Shown: piece after piece, positions 1 to 9,540 of the stretch
Numbering within the stretch: the first letter of the stretch is position 1
How the letters are laid out: each line of letters starts with the position of its first letter
Source of the DNA: an archaeon
GTDB taxonomy: Archaea > Methanobacteriota_B > Thermococci > Methanofastidiosales > NM3
Assembly (NCBI GenBank): GCA_004212155.1
Contig: RXIG01000001.1
Coordinates: 1 to 64,000 of the forward strand
Length of the DNA stretch: 64,000 bases
Direction of reading: 5' to 3'
The notes under the pieces: generated by a model
Told to the model about the DNA's origin: nothing
The model's database searches: none
Seen by the model: only the letters and a program-made list of their open reading frames with translations
Position numbers and translations under genes: made by a program

Positions 1-9
1 GTAACCCAT
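1..9 (-). CDS. 5' end (M-G-Y) of a gene running off the left edge of the window
   Basis: Minus strand reads GAGGTGAacatcaATGGGTTAC: archaeal SD then ATG at 9; TATA-like TTTATATA at 132-125. Confidence 0.5.
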
Positions 10-433
10 TGATGTTCACCTCTTTTCTACTATTACCCACATCTTATAACTAGCGAACACCTTGGGAACTCCTCCGGCACTCCTCTACTAAGATAATGAG
101 TATGCGATAATCATTTCATCGAGGTATATAAATCTTTGCATAGTTAAAGCTCATATCTACGCCAAAATTAGACATATAATAAAATAACTCATTATATATT
201 ATTACATATTTTCACGTCAATGACACAATTATTTTAGAATCAGAGATCAGTTGAAACTCGCACGCTTTTGCCATACTATAATATGTTCGTCATTTTCATC
301 TGGCATTGTTATGGCTTACCTGTGGGGATACAGAATCCAGGGACGCTTTTTAGGCACGATGTGACGGATACCATTATAAAACGATGGACACAACAATTCC
401 ATATTCGCATCAGTAGAAGAAGGAGGACAGCGC

Positions 434-919
434 ATGGCTTCAAGGAATCGTGACACGTCGTTATTCGCACCGCTTGGGGTACTGGGACCGCTTATCGTTT
501 CATGCATAAGCATACTGGCTCTTGTCATCGTTGCTTATGTCTTGATCCAGATAGGGGGCATGGAATGGCATTCAGTGCATGTGGAATACGACGTCATTAC
601 AACGGTGGGGCAGTTCCTGTTTGATAACGTGCGTCTATTCTTCGTTGTTTTCCTTCTATCAAATTATACGGACTACTTTCTCAAATACAACGAAGATGTT
701 GACTTTTGGGTACGCCCACTTACCAATGCGGTGTTTGGTGTCATTACACTATGGATAATCGTGAGTCTCCTCGAGCGCATAATTGTAGACATTGAAATCG
801 AGATCATCCATGATGTGGTCGGTGTTTTTGACCTGCTTTACGTGCCTGTGTTCCTTATCGTGCTCGGCGCTGGGTATGTCCATGCCTACTTCGTGCGTTA
901 CAGGGATGGCGAACGTTAA
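434..919 (+). CDS. Hypothetical integral membrane protein (~4 TM)
   Basis: 161 aa with four hydrophobic segments; AGGAGG SD just upstream. Confidence 0.8.
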   Translation: MASRNRDTSLFAPLGVLGPLIVSCISILALVIVAYVLIQIGGMEWHSVHVEYDVITTVGQFLFDNVRLFFVVFLLSNYTDYFLKYNEDVDFWVRPLTNAVFGVITLWIIVSLLERIIVDIEIEIIHDVVGVFDLLYVPVFLIVLGAGYVHAYFVRYRDGER

Positions 920-1157
920 AACAGCGTACATAAAAACCTACAAAACACTATGCTTACGTGGTTTTCGCGAGGAATATTAAATCTTTTTTTAGAAAATCAT
1001 ACGCTTAAAAATCCACAACACTCTTTTCCTACGCCTTGGCGTTATTGGTAGAAAGATGGTACCGATGCCACGTTGCATCGTTTAGTTTATATGGTTGGGG
1101 CATTCTATATGACACAGGGGGAGAGAGCAGACGGTCGCTGCAAAATTCTTAGGCGTC

Positions 1158-1331
1158 ATGCTCGTTTTGTCTGGCGCGCTCATAGGAATCTACTATTACA
1201 GATTCATCGGTCTTCTCCTATTCATCGGCTTCGTTCTCATCATTTCTTTTTCCAGCATTTGCGCAATCGCCGAACACAAGCACAGCCACTATACGAAGCG
1301 AAGCTGGAAACCTCGCATAAAGCGTTGGTAA
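1158..1331 (+). CDS. Small membrane protein, 57 aa (not in ORF track)
   Basis: Manual translation MLVLSGALIGIYYYRFIGLLLFIGFVLIISFSSICAIAEHKHSHYTKRSWKPRIKRW*: hydrophobic helices plus basic tail. Confidence 0.45.
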   Translation: MLVLSGALIGIYYYRFIGLLLFIGFVLIISFSSICAIAEHKHSHYTKRSWKPRIKRW

Positions 1332-1447
1332 ATGAAAAAGAGGATTTACCAGAATGTGTTTACCGCCTCGATCAGGGCATCCTTTCATGCTCTCGCCTCT
1401 CTCGTGCTAATAGGTAATGCTAAATATCTTGGCATTGATATACAGTC

Positions 1448-2422
1448 ATGCGCCATCCACGGCCACGCATCGTGGTAAGCAGATGCCTAGGATTCGAGCA
1501 TTGCCGATACAATGGTGATATCATCTCAAGCGACGTAGTCAATGCGTTATCCGGCCATGTCGAGTATGTCCCAGTATGCGCCGAGGTTGAGATTGGCCTT
1601 GGGGTGCCGCGCAACCCGGTCAGGCTCGTGAGGTCTGATGGAGAGACGCATATGGTCCAACGTGACACGCTAAGGGATGTCACTAAGCTCATGGAGTCGT
1701 TTTCTGAGACATTCGTGGCATCTGTTGGCGATATCGATGGATGCATACTGAAAGGGCGTTCCCCCTCATGCGGTCTCCGTGACGCCAAGGCATACGGAGG
1801 CATCGAAAGTCCTTTCGTGCTGGAAAAGACAAGCGGATTGTTTGCTCGCACACTCCTGGATGCACATCCCACACTGGCGATGGAGGATGAGCTTCGATTG
1901 AAAAACATCCGGATCCGTGAACATTTCCTGACGAAGGTATTCATGCATGCCAGATATCGTGAGATGGCCAAGGCCCACACCCTGAAAGACCTGATCGCGT
2001 TCCATACGCAGAACAAGTATCTTTTCATGGCCTATAATCAGAACGAGCTCAGGGAAATGGGGCGAGTTGTGGCAAATCAGCATCTCTATGATTTCGATGA
2101 GCTGTTAGATATATACAGGGTACACCTCGATACGATGTTCGCATCCCCTCCGCGTCCGGGATCATACATAAACGTAATGGAACACATGTTTGGGTATTTC
2201 TCGCGTGAGCTCTCAGCCAGGGAGCGCGCCCACTTCCTCTCCATAGTCAAGGAGTATCGTGAAGGTCTGGTGCCCCTCAGTGCGCTCAGGGCGCTTATCG
2301 TTACGTGGGCGTTGCGGTTCGAGGACGACTACGTGCTTGAACAGACGGTCATCGAGCCGTATCCTAATCTCTTTATCGATCCCCAAGAGCTCTATCGCCA
2401 GCGGGATTACTGGAAGGAATAG
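1448..2422 (+). CDS. DUF523 (TudS-like 2-thiouracil desulfurase) + DUF1722 protein, YbgA family
   Basis: SRCLGFEHCRYNG, PVCAEVEIGLGVPR and KGRSPSCG motifs; C-terminal FHTQNKYLFMA and HMFGYF. Confidence 0.9.
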   Translation: MRHPRPRIVVSRCLGFEHCRYNGDIISSDVVNALSGHVEYVPVCAEVEIGLGVPRNPVRLVRSDGETHMVQRDTLRDVTKLMESFSETFVASVGDIDGCILKGRSPSCGLRDAKAYGGIESPFVLEKTSGLFARTLLDAHPTLAMEDELRLKNIRIREHFLTKVFMHARYREMAKAHTLKDLIAFHTQNKYLFMAYNQNELREMGRVVANQHLYDFDELLDIYRVHLDTMFASPPRPGSYINVMEHMFGYFSRELSARERAHFLSIVKEYREGLVPLSALRALIVTWALRFEDDYVLEQTVIEPYPNLFIDPQELYRQRDYWKE

Positions 2423-2476
2423 ATACCTCGTGGCTTCGGCATATCTTATTTATGTCCTTATCTCCATCTTGAATAG

Positions 2477-3664
2477 ATGGGAAATGACATACTCAGGCGC
2501 GAGGAGAGGTATCTGCAAAAGATCCGAAATGATATCGAGGAGCGATTGTACGACCTTCTCGTTCTCCACATCCGTGACGCCTACGTCCGCCTGCGTGTTC
2601 ATTGCGAGGAAAACGAGCATCTACGTACCGAATTCTTGTCCTTGCTCGAGGGCGCGCTAAGCTCGATACAGGACACGATGTCTCCCTACAACAAGCGATT
2701 CATGCATCGCTACATGCTGCTCATAAGCAATGTGATCTTGCAGTACGATACCTCGAGACAGGACATCAAGGACCTCAAGAAGCGCATCATCGAGGACTTC
2801 ACCCATGCCGAAGCAGACGAGCACGGCTACATACCACTCAACTACCAGATGAACGAGGTGCGACTCACCTATGATGTAGGTTATCTTGCTTATCTGGTGA
2901 AAAAATATATCGAACAGGAGCAGTGGACGAGGGCACTTTATTGCTTCAAGGCAGTCGAGATGATCGAGCCTGACCACAGGTCCCTTGAGCAATGGCATGG
3001 GGAGATATGGTCTAATCTCGACATGACCGAGCCGTCTGTAAGCCGTCCTGAGCGCCCCATGGGCACGGCGGTCGCACTAGACACCAACGTTGCCTACGGG
3101 CTTATAAGCGATGACATAGGGGAATACCGATTCAAGGACAGGCCACTGCTCGATGCATCGTCCCTTATCAGCGAAAACATCGTCATCATGACTCCCTCAG
3201 TCGTCAACGAGCTGCGCAACCATCTCGAGTTCACCAAGGTGCAGATACGTTCATTTTGCAAACACCACTCGCGATTCGATGCGGATGTGCTGTGCTCCAC
3301 CATCGACAAGCGTTTCAGTGACCTCGTCGATACCTATGCCCTAAAAACGCCCGTGTGCTATGATGAAGACCTCATTGGGTCTATCCGTGCGTTTTACCTT
3401 CGCTACATACCTACACTGGAGCGCCTCTTCGAGGAAAAGACACATCGAATGGCCATATCGCATCGGCTGAGGAAGCTGGCACAGCGTGTTGACCTGCTGC
3501 CCGAACAGGGTGACCTCGAGTTGCTTGCAGAGGTCGTCACGCTTCAGGAGGATCAAGGAAGGGACATCGGGCTCGTATCGCTTGACAAGGACTTCACGTT
3601 GTTTTCCTCCGATATCGAGGATACATTTGGCGTGCGTGTCTATTCTCCAAGCGATATGGGGTAG
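2477..3664 (+). CDS. Helical/TPR-like N-terminus fused to a C-terminal PIN-like nuclease domain
   Basis: VALDTNV, TPSVVNEL, GDLELLAE, VSLDKDF acidic tetrad; TPR-like ALYCFKAVEMIEPDH. Confidence 0.7.
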   Translation: MGNDILRREERYLQKIRNDIEERLYDLLVLHIRDAYVRLRVHCEENEHLRTEFLSLLEGALSSIQDTMSPYNKRFMHRYMLLISNVILQYDTSRQDIKDLKKRIIEDFTHAEADEHGYIPLNYQMNEVRLTYDVGYLAYLVKKYIEQEQWTRALYCFKAVEMIEPDHRSLEQWHGEIWSNLDMTEPSVSRPERPMGTAVALDTNVAYGLISDDIGEYRFKDRPLLDASSLISENIVIMTPSVVNELRNHLEFTKVQIRSFCKHHSRFDADVLCSTIDKRFSDLVDTYALKTPVCYDEDLIGSIRAFYLRYIPTLERLFEEKTHRMAISHRLRKLAQRVDLLPEQGDLELLAEVVTLQEDQGRDIGLVSLDKDFTLFSSDIEDTFGVRVYSPSDMG

Positions 3665-3679
3665 CGCGGCGCGGATGCC

Positions 3680-4303
3680 TTATAGCAGCTTGGAAGAGGC
3701 GATCGATGCAATGATGGCCGGCAGCTCGCCAATCGACGAGATCGTGATGTCTGCCTTCACTCCCACCCCGATGACGGGTATCTTTGCTGTGGACCCCGCT
3801 CTCACGTCGACGTTCGTATCACCAACGAGAACCACCTCGTCAGATGAAATGCCCAGTTCGTCGCATGCGGCAAAGAGGATGTCGGGCGCAGGTTTTCCCT
3901 TGCCTGCCCTGTCGGCCGTCATAATGGTGTCGAACGCATCGCCGATGCCAAACTCCTCGAGTATATGTGCCGTGCAGTCGTAGGCGGTGTTCGTCACGAT
4001 CGCCTTCGGGTAGTCGGAGAGCTCCTTGAGGACCCGTTTCGTATCGGGCATGATGCGTACGCTGCCGAGATGCTCAGGATAGACGTTGGTGCAAAAGTCC
4101 GCTATACCCACGTCAAGGCCCAGCCGCGTAAGTATGTCGCGCAGGTCGTCACCCCAGTAGGTGTCCATGAACTCCTCCATGCTGACTGCTTCATGCCCAT
4201 ACGTATCGAGCGCATGGTTGAACGCCTCGAGCCAGGAGGAGCTCGAGTCGATGAGCACACCATCCATGTCAAAAAGAATCCCTGAAAGCTGCATGGTCAC
4301 CAT
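3680..4303 (-). CDS. HAD-superfamily hydrolase (phosphoglycolate phosphatase-like)
   Basis: FDMDGVL motif I, VTN motif II, KPAP motif III, VGDTNVD motif IV. Confidence 0.92.
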   Translation of the reverse strand: MVTMQLSGILFDMDGVLIDSSSSWLEAFNHALDTYGHEAVSMEEFMDTYWGDDLRDILTRLGLDVGIADFCTNVYPEHLGSVRIMPDTKRVLKELSDYPKAIVTNTAYDCTAHILEEFGIGDAFDTIMTADRAGKGKPAPDILFAACDELGISSDEVVLVGDTNVDVRAGSTAKIPVIGVGVKADITISSIGELPAIIASIASSKLL

Positions 4304-4459
4304 TTCTTTTCATCATTCAAAACAGTTACGCTGAGCGCATGATGTGCCATTGACACCATGACATATTGGAATTGTATCGTGGATTCTTCCTAAGGCCGTA
4401 TTAACCACAAACGAAATGGTTATATGATTAAACGACGCATTCCTTCAAAGGTGCATGCC

Positions 4460-5725
4460 ATGAACGTTGGAGAGATCCATGATAAAGCTTCTAACAGCTC
4501 ACTGCTCTCAGACCCCTATGTCAAGAAGGTCCGTGAGCTCATCGGTCGCAACGACCTTTTCGAGAAATCCCCTGATGCGCTCGAGCGAATGCGCAAGGGG
4601 CTCTTGCGCGATGCGTTGTCGTTTTTTTCAAAGAGAAATGAACAGTTCGCACGGATACTGGATACCTGCGGCATAACGCCCGCTTCAGCCGATTTCGGCG
4701 ACCTTGCAAGCCTGGCCGTCCCCTCGGACATGCTTCGCGGCGAGGGACAGTCGCCGTTTCTTATTGACGGTCTGGACGAGGGGGGCGAGACATTTGCTTC
4801 GAGCGGGACCACCGGGAAGTCCCCTGTCAAGATCTATCGAAGCCCCCTTGACCTCGATATCATGATGAAGGCCAACACCGATCTCTTCGAGTACGTCTAT
4901 GGCGGCATGCTGGAGCAGGGCGAGGGCACGGCACTCTTCATGGCGGCACCCGAGCTTCGCGACAGGCTCTACTTCATAGCGTCGGTGCACCTTACCCTCG
5001 AGAACAAAGGGCTTGAGCTCATCTACGGAATGGACATGGTCGAAAGTGACGACCCCTCCCGGCCGTGGATGCGCCTTGAGCCGAATCGGGGCAACATCGT
5101 GAAGTTCCTTAAGGCCAAATCCGAGCCAAAGCTCTTCTTCACGGCTCCTGCAGGCATACACCTCATGTCTCAGCGCTTCGAGACGATGAACTTTTTGCGC
5201 CGATTAGCGTACAAGCTCGCAACTGGTTCGCCACCTGTCAAGCTCGGCAGGGGCGGTGTCATCGTGACGGGGGGAGGCAACAAGGGCGCAAGCGACCTGC
5301 CCCCATACGAGGCGATAGTGGGTGCCGCCCGCAGGCATTATCGTGCGCACGATCGGGGTGGAAGGGACGTAAAGGTCCCGTTCATGGACGTGCTCGGCAT
5401 GACCGAGACGCTTACCGCGCTCATAGACAACTTCGACACCATGGGAAAGGTGCCGCATCCATTGTCTCACGTCTTCCTTCTCGACCCCAAGACGATGGAG
5501 GTCATAGAAGAGGACGGCAGGGAGGGCATCCTTGGCATCTTCAACCCGTTCGTGACATCGTGGCCCGAGATCTTCTACCCGGGCGACATCATGACGTCCG
5601 TCCCGTCTGAACGGTATTACGGCAAGGAGTTCTCATACGTACGCCGTCTGCGCGTCGAGGAGGGATGGGACCTCCAGCGGGCATGCGGCGGTACGATGGA
5701 AGAGCTCATGGGATCACGGGAGTGA
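4460..5725 (+). CDS. LuxE-like acyl-protein synthetase (ANL/PaaK-LuxE family)
   Basis: SSGTTG, TGGGNKG, DVLGMTE, DPKTMEV, C-terminal RACG with Cys in the position of the LuxE acylated Cys; ATG 4460 chosen after AAGGTG (ORF track starts 4424). Confidence 0.8.
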   Translation: MNVGEIHDKASNSSLLSDPYVKKVRELIGRNDLFEKSPDALERMRKGLLRDALSFFSKRNEQFARILDTCGITPASADFGDLASLAVPSDMLRGEGQSPFLIDGLDEGGETFASSGTTGKSPVKIYRSPLDLDIMMKANTDLFEYVYGGMLEQGEGTALFMAAPELRDRLYFIASVHLTLENKGLELIYGMDMVESDDPSRPWMRLEPNRGNIVKFLKAKSEPKLFFTAPAGIHLMSQRFETMNFLRRLAYKLATGSPPVKLGRGGVIVTGGGNKGASDLPPYEAIVGAARRHYRAHDRGGRDVKVPFMDVLGMTETLTALIDNFDTMGKVPHPLSHVFLLDPKTMEVIEEDGREGILGIFNPFVTSWPEIFYPGDIMTSVPSERYYGKEFSYVRRLRVEEGWDLQRACGGTMEELMGSRE

Positions 5726-5729
5726 GCAT

Positions 5730-7193
5730 ATGACGCTCGATCCGATCTTTTCCCATGAAGCGCCCGTCGTGGTCCGAAAGGAGATGGGCAGAGAGGTGAT
5801 CAACGAACTCTCCCCCGAGTCGCTGGAATCGTACTTGTCACAGGCCCCAACGATGCAGGCCGATATCGCCGGCATATCACTTGACGACCGCATCGAGGTC
5901 TTTGCAAAGGTGGGGGCATTGTGGGAACGGAAGCGCAAGGCAGGCCTGCTCGACGACCTTAAACAACGTCTGGCCGCGTCATCGGGCTATAGTGCGCGAC
6001 TCATCGATGTCGAATTTTCCCTCGTACCCCTCTTGCTCGAACGTGCCACCCTTAGGAGGAACCTCTCTTCATCGCTTCTTGGCGGCGCCGATGGCCTTGA
6101 ACGCTTTACATCTGTCAACGAGGGGGAGTACTTCAGGCACCTGCCTGCCGGACCGGTCCTCATCATTAGCTCCGGCAACTCGATGATACCCCCCCTCATA
6201 CCCACGACGCTTTCCCTCATCACAGGCAACGTGACCGTGCTCAAACCATCGCTTTCCAACTACGAAGGCGTTGCATCCGTGTTTGCCCTTCTACGCGAGG
6301 TCGCAGAAACGGACCCGGCCGCAAAGAGCCTCCTTGAAGCGCTCGTCATCAGTTACTTCTCCCACGACAGCGCATCGCTATCGTACCTGCTCACGGCAGC
6401 ACCGCTTGGCGTGGTGAACTTCTGGGGATCAGAACCTGCCCGCTCGGTCATTGCCAAGATGCTTACCGAGAATCCGTCACATCCTTCGTATGTAGTCAAC
6501 GGACCGCTGACGGGGGTTGCGGTCGTCGATGCCGAGGCGGGAGAGAGAGCAGCGCAGGGGCTTGCCACAAACATCGTGCTCTACGACCAGCAGCTGTGCA
6601 GTTCACCCACTCAGGTTTGTTTCATCGGAGAGCGGGCACAGGCAGAGTCATTCGCACGACTCGTTGGTACGCATCTGGACGGCATGGGTGATGCTTTCGC
6701 GCTCCACCTTCCCGAGGGCGTCAGATTCTCACTCAACAACATCAGGCGAAGCTTGCTCTTCAAGGGTGCCTCCGTCCTTTCATCATCATCCGCGACCAAC
6801 CCATGGACCATCGTCATCACCGAGGACGGCGCCTCGCTCGATGAGCTCATCACCTCCTACCCCGAAATGGGCATTCACAACAGGCGGCGATTCCTCGAGC
6901 TCCATGTCGTCAATGATGTGGCTGAAGTGGGAAGACGTATCAGGGAGCTGCCCCATCGAAAAGCGTACCATGGTATCGATAGGGTGCAGACCGTCGGCGT
7001 CTCCGTTGGAACCGATGTTCACGGTGTGCTCATGGACGAGCTCCTGTCGACGGGCATCTACCGCATCACTCCCATTGATGACATGTACATGCGCAGCGCT
7101 TCAGAACCATACGATGGCGCCCATCTCGCTGCCCTGTTCACGTATACGCTCTACAGGCGTGACACGTCCCATGCTCCCGATGTGATGCCATGA
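5730..7193 (+). CDS. LuxC-like acyl-CoA/acyl-protein reductase (ALDH fold)
   Basis: ISSGN, GNVTVLKPS, FWGS, YDQQLCSSP (LuxC catalytic Cys motif), QTVG, PYDG. Confidence 0.85.
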   Translation: MTLDPIFSHEAPVVVRKEMGREVINELSPESLESYLSQAPTMQADIAGISLDDRIEVFAKVGALWERKRKAGLLDDLKQRLAASSGYSARLIDVEFSLVPLLLERATLRRNLSSSLLGGADGLERFTSVNEGEYFRHLPAGPVLIISSGNSMIPPLIPTTLSLITGNVTVLKPSLSNYEGVASVFALLREVAETDPAAKSLLEALVISYFSHDSASLSYLLTAAPLGVVNFWGSEPARSVIAKMLTENPSHPSYVVNGPLTGVAVVDAEAGERAAQGLATNIVLYDQQLCSSPTQVCFIGERAQAESFARLVGTHLDGMGDAFALHLPEGVRFSLNNIRRSLLFKGASVLSSSSATNPWTIVITEDGASLDELITSYPEMGIHNRRRFLELHVVNDVAEVGRRIRELPHRKAYHGIDRVQTVGVSVGTDVHGVLMDELLSTGIYRITPIDDMYMRSASEPYDGAHLAALFTYTLYRRDTSHAPDVMP

Positions 7194-8188
7194 GGGTCGC
7201 TGTGACGGGAGCTTCCGGGTTTCTCGGAGGGCACGTGTGCGAGGCGCTGCTGGAACGCGGGCATGAGCCCGTGGCGCTCATCCGTCCCACGAGCGACGAT
7301 TCACTCCTTTCGAGCCTCGGTGTCGAGATCCGTCACGCCGACCTTGTCGATGGGCCGAGCCTCAAGGAAGGGCTGCAGGGCGTTGACGCAGTCATGCACC
7401 TGGCGGCATATTATACGTTCTTTGGTTCGTGGGACCTCTACGAGCGTGTGAACGTCACGGGGACGAGGCTCCTGCTCGAAGCGATGTTTGATGCTGGCGT
7501 CGATAGGATCATCCATTGCAGCACGACAGAGGTCATCGGCCCCGTCAACGATCCTCCCGCGGATGAAAAAGCAGAGCCGAACCCCACATACGACTATGGG
7601 CGCTCAAAGCTCATGGCAGAGGAGGTCGTTCGTTCGTATGGAAAAAGAGGCGCAAGCTATACGATCCTTCGCCCCTCCGGCATCTACGGTCCACGCAACG
7701 TCGACGACATCTCGTACTGGACGATCACCTCGTATGCCAACAACGCCCTCGGGACGCGATTCCATGTTGGAAGCGCTCGCAGTCTCATCCAGTTCGTTCA
7801 CGTCCATGACGTTGTTCAAGCATTCATGCTGGCGCTTGAGCAACCTGAGGTATCCTGTGGAAAGACCTACAACGTGAGCGATAGCCGAGCGTACAGTTAC
7901 AAGGAGGTCTACGATATTCTCTCTGAGCTTACGGGACGCCCCCCGCCCTCGCTGCACGTCTCTCGTGCCTTGGCACGATTGATGGTCTCCCCCGTTGAAG
8001 TGGCGATGAGGTTTATAGGGAGGGAGTCGTTCCTCTATCGCCGATCGACCATAGATTCGGTGACGACCGACAGGGCATACAGCATCGAGCGCATATCACG
8101 GGAGCTGGGGTATGAACCACGTTACGACCTGCGAAGCGGATTGGAGGACACCGTAGCGTGGTACAGGGAGCACGGACATATACGCTAA
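7190..8188 (+). CDS. Extended SDR, NAD-dependent epimerase/dehydratase (3beta-HSD-like)
   Basis: TGASGFLG, HLAA, YGRSK, RPSGIYGP; ATGA overlap with the luxC-like gene. Confidence 0.92.
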   Translation: MRVAVTGASGFLGGHVCEALLERGHEPVALIRPTSDDSLLSSLGVEIRHADLVDGPSLKEGLQGVDAVMHLAAYYTFFGSWDLYERVNVTGTRLLLEAMFDAGVDRIIHCSTTEVIGPVNDPPADEKAEPNPTYDYGRSKLMAEEVVRSYGKRGASYTILRPSGIYGPRNVDDISYWTITSYANNALGTRFHVGSARSLIQFVHVHDVVQAFMLALEQPEVSCGKTYNVSDSRAYSYKEVYDILSELTGRPPPSLHVSRALARLMVSPVEVAMRFIGRESFLYRRSTIDSVTTDRAYSIERISRELGYEPRYDLRSGLEDTVAWYREHGHIR

Positions 8189-8200
8189 GAGCACGGCATT

Positions 8201-8782
8201 TCATATCTTGCTGAGCAGCGCATCTCGCTTCGCGCTGTATTCTTCTTGTGAGATGATGTCGGCATCGAGCAGTTCCTTTAGCTTCTTGAGCTGTTCGTAG
8301 GGGTCGGCGTCGTTTGATCGTTTTTCGGGTTCTGTGTGTGAGGGTCGTACAGGTGCAACGCGCGAGACCATCTCCTTTGGTTTGGAGATCTGCCATTCCT
8401 CGCTCATGAGGCCCTTTTTCTTCTTGATCGTCACCTGCTCCACAGCAATGTTGTTGAGGGCGTCGCGTACGGCCTCGATCGCCTCCTTCACCTCATCCTT
8501 GTTCATCCAGCTCATCCTGATATCATGGCCGTCCTCGTGGGTGAGCGTGAATTCGGCCGCGAGCTTGCCCGATTTGAAATGGACAAGCTTGAGCTTTTCA
8601 TACGGGATGTCCTCGATGTTGTATCTACCAAGCACCTTTTGGTCGAGATAGATGATCCTTCTGTCGGTAACGCCCAGGAACTTGGGCTTGAGTTCCGTTT
8701 TCATCCTTTTTTTGATGCAAAAAAGGACATTCTCATTAGAATAGAGATTTTCAGACAATTCCTTGGGTATCTGTTCGGCCAT
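8201..8782 (-). CDS. Bacterial-type PH domain + C-terminal SHOCT domain protein
   Basis: GVTDRRIIY (bPH) and LKKLKELLDADIISQEEYSAKR (SHOCT). Confidence 0.85.
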   Translation of the reverse strand: MAEQIPKELSENLYSNENVLFCIKKRMKTELKPKFLGVTDRRIIYLDQKVLGRYNIEDIPYEKLKLVHFKSGKLAAEFTLTHEDGHDIRMSWMNKDEVKEAIEAVRDALNNIAVEQVTIKKKKGLMSEEWQISKPKEMVSRVAPVRPSHTEPEKRSNDADPYEQLKKLKELLDADIISQEEYSAKRDALLSKI

Positions 8783-8886
8783 GATGTATCATTTCTTATC
8801 TGGTGGTCTACATTGTTAAACATTATGTTCAAATGACGTTGCCATGCGCGCACTACAAGACACGTTTCTCGATTGTCACCTGTTTC

Positions 8887-9405
8887 TCACCTGCGCTTTC
8901 GTGGGGCAGCAAGGTCTGGTCTGACCGTTCTTCGCAGGGTCTCCAGCGCCTCTGCCATTATATGGGCTATTTCAACATCATCATCGTAGTGCTCGATAAT
9001 GGCAAGCAGCACCGCTTCCGTTCGTGGAAGCTCCTTGACTATCTCGTCTGGGGTTGTCGGTTTCATGGATCGTCCATGTTCACCCGTGCTGAACAGGTAG
9101 TAGTCAACGAGCGAGAACAATTCGAGGCCGGACTGATCCTCCACGACGACAATGGGCATGTAGATGCTTTCGCCCATGTCGTTTTTCGTACGCTTGATAT
9201 ATCCTTTCTTGGCAAGGGATGTTAGGGCGCTTCGGACGCTGCTTTCCTTTTCCAATCCCAACACCGCCATGGCGTCATGAGCGATGGTGGCATAGGTCGC
9301 GTTTCGGTTCACCATAAGGTATGCTAGCACCTCCATGTGAAGGTCGTTTTGCACCTTTCTCTTCACTGCCTCCATATCTTTGAAAATCATGGGACTGCCC
9401 TTCAA
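8887..9405 (-). CDS. Winged-helix DNA-binding protein
   Basis: VLAYL...SSVRSALTSLAKKGYIKR wHTH signature; start uncertain. Confidence 0.65.
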   Translation of the reverse strand: MKGSPMIFKDMEAVKRKVQNDLHMEVLAYLMVNRNATYATIAHDAMAVLGLEKESSVRSALTSLAKKGYIKRTKNDMGESIYMPIVVVEDQSGLELFSLVDYYLFSTGEHGRSMKPTTPDEIVKELPRTEAVLLAIIEHYDDDVEIAHIMAEALETLRRTVRPDLAAPRKRR

Positions 9406-9540
9406 CTCTTCTGGAACCCTAGTTGAAACAACATCATTGGAATATTATATGCATACTATATTCTTGCAAGTATAATAAATGCTACCATTGACTACAGTGG
9501 AGGGCTCCAGCTGAGGAGAAAAATCCAGGCAAGCCTCGTT

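Noticed and set aside
1073-1417. 114-aa ORF in the track
   Set aside because: Arg/His-rich, unnatural composition; the alternative frame 1158-1331 looks more protein-like
4460-7193. Bioluminescence (lux) operon
   Set aside because: No luxA/luxB, luxD or luxG in the window
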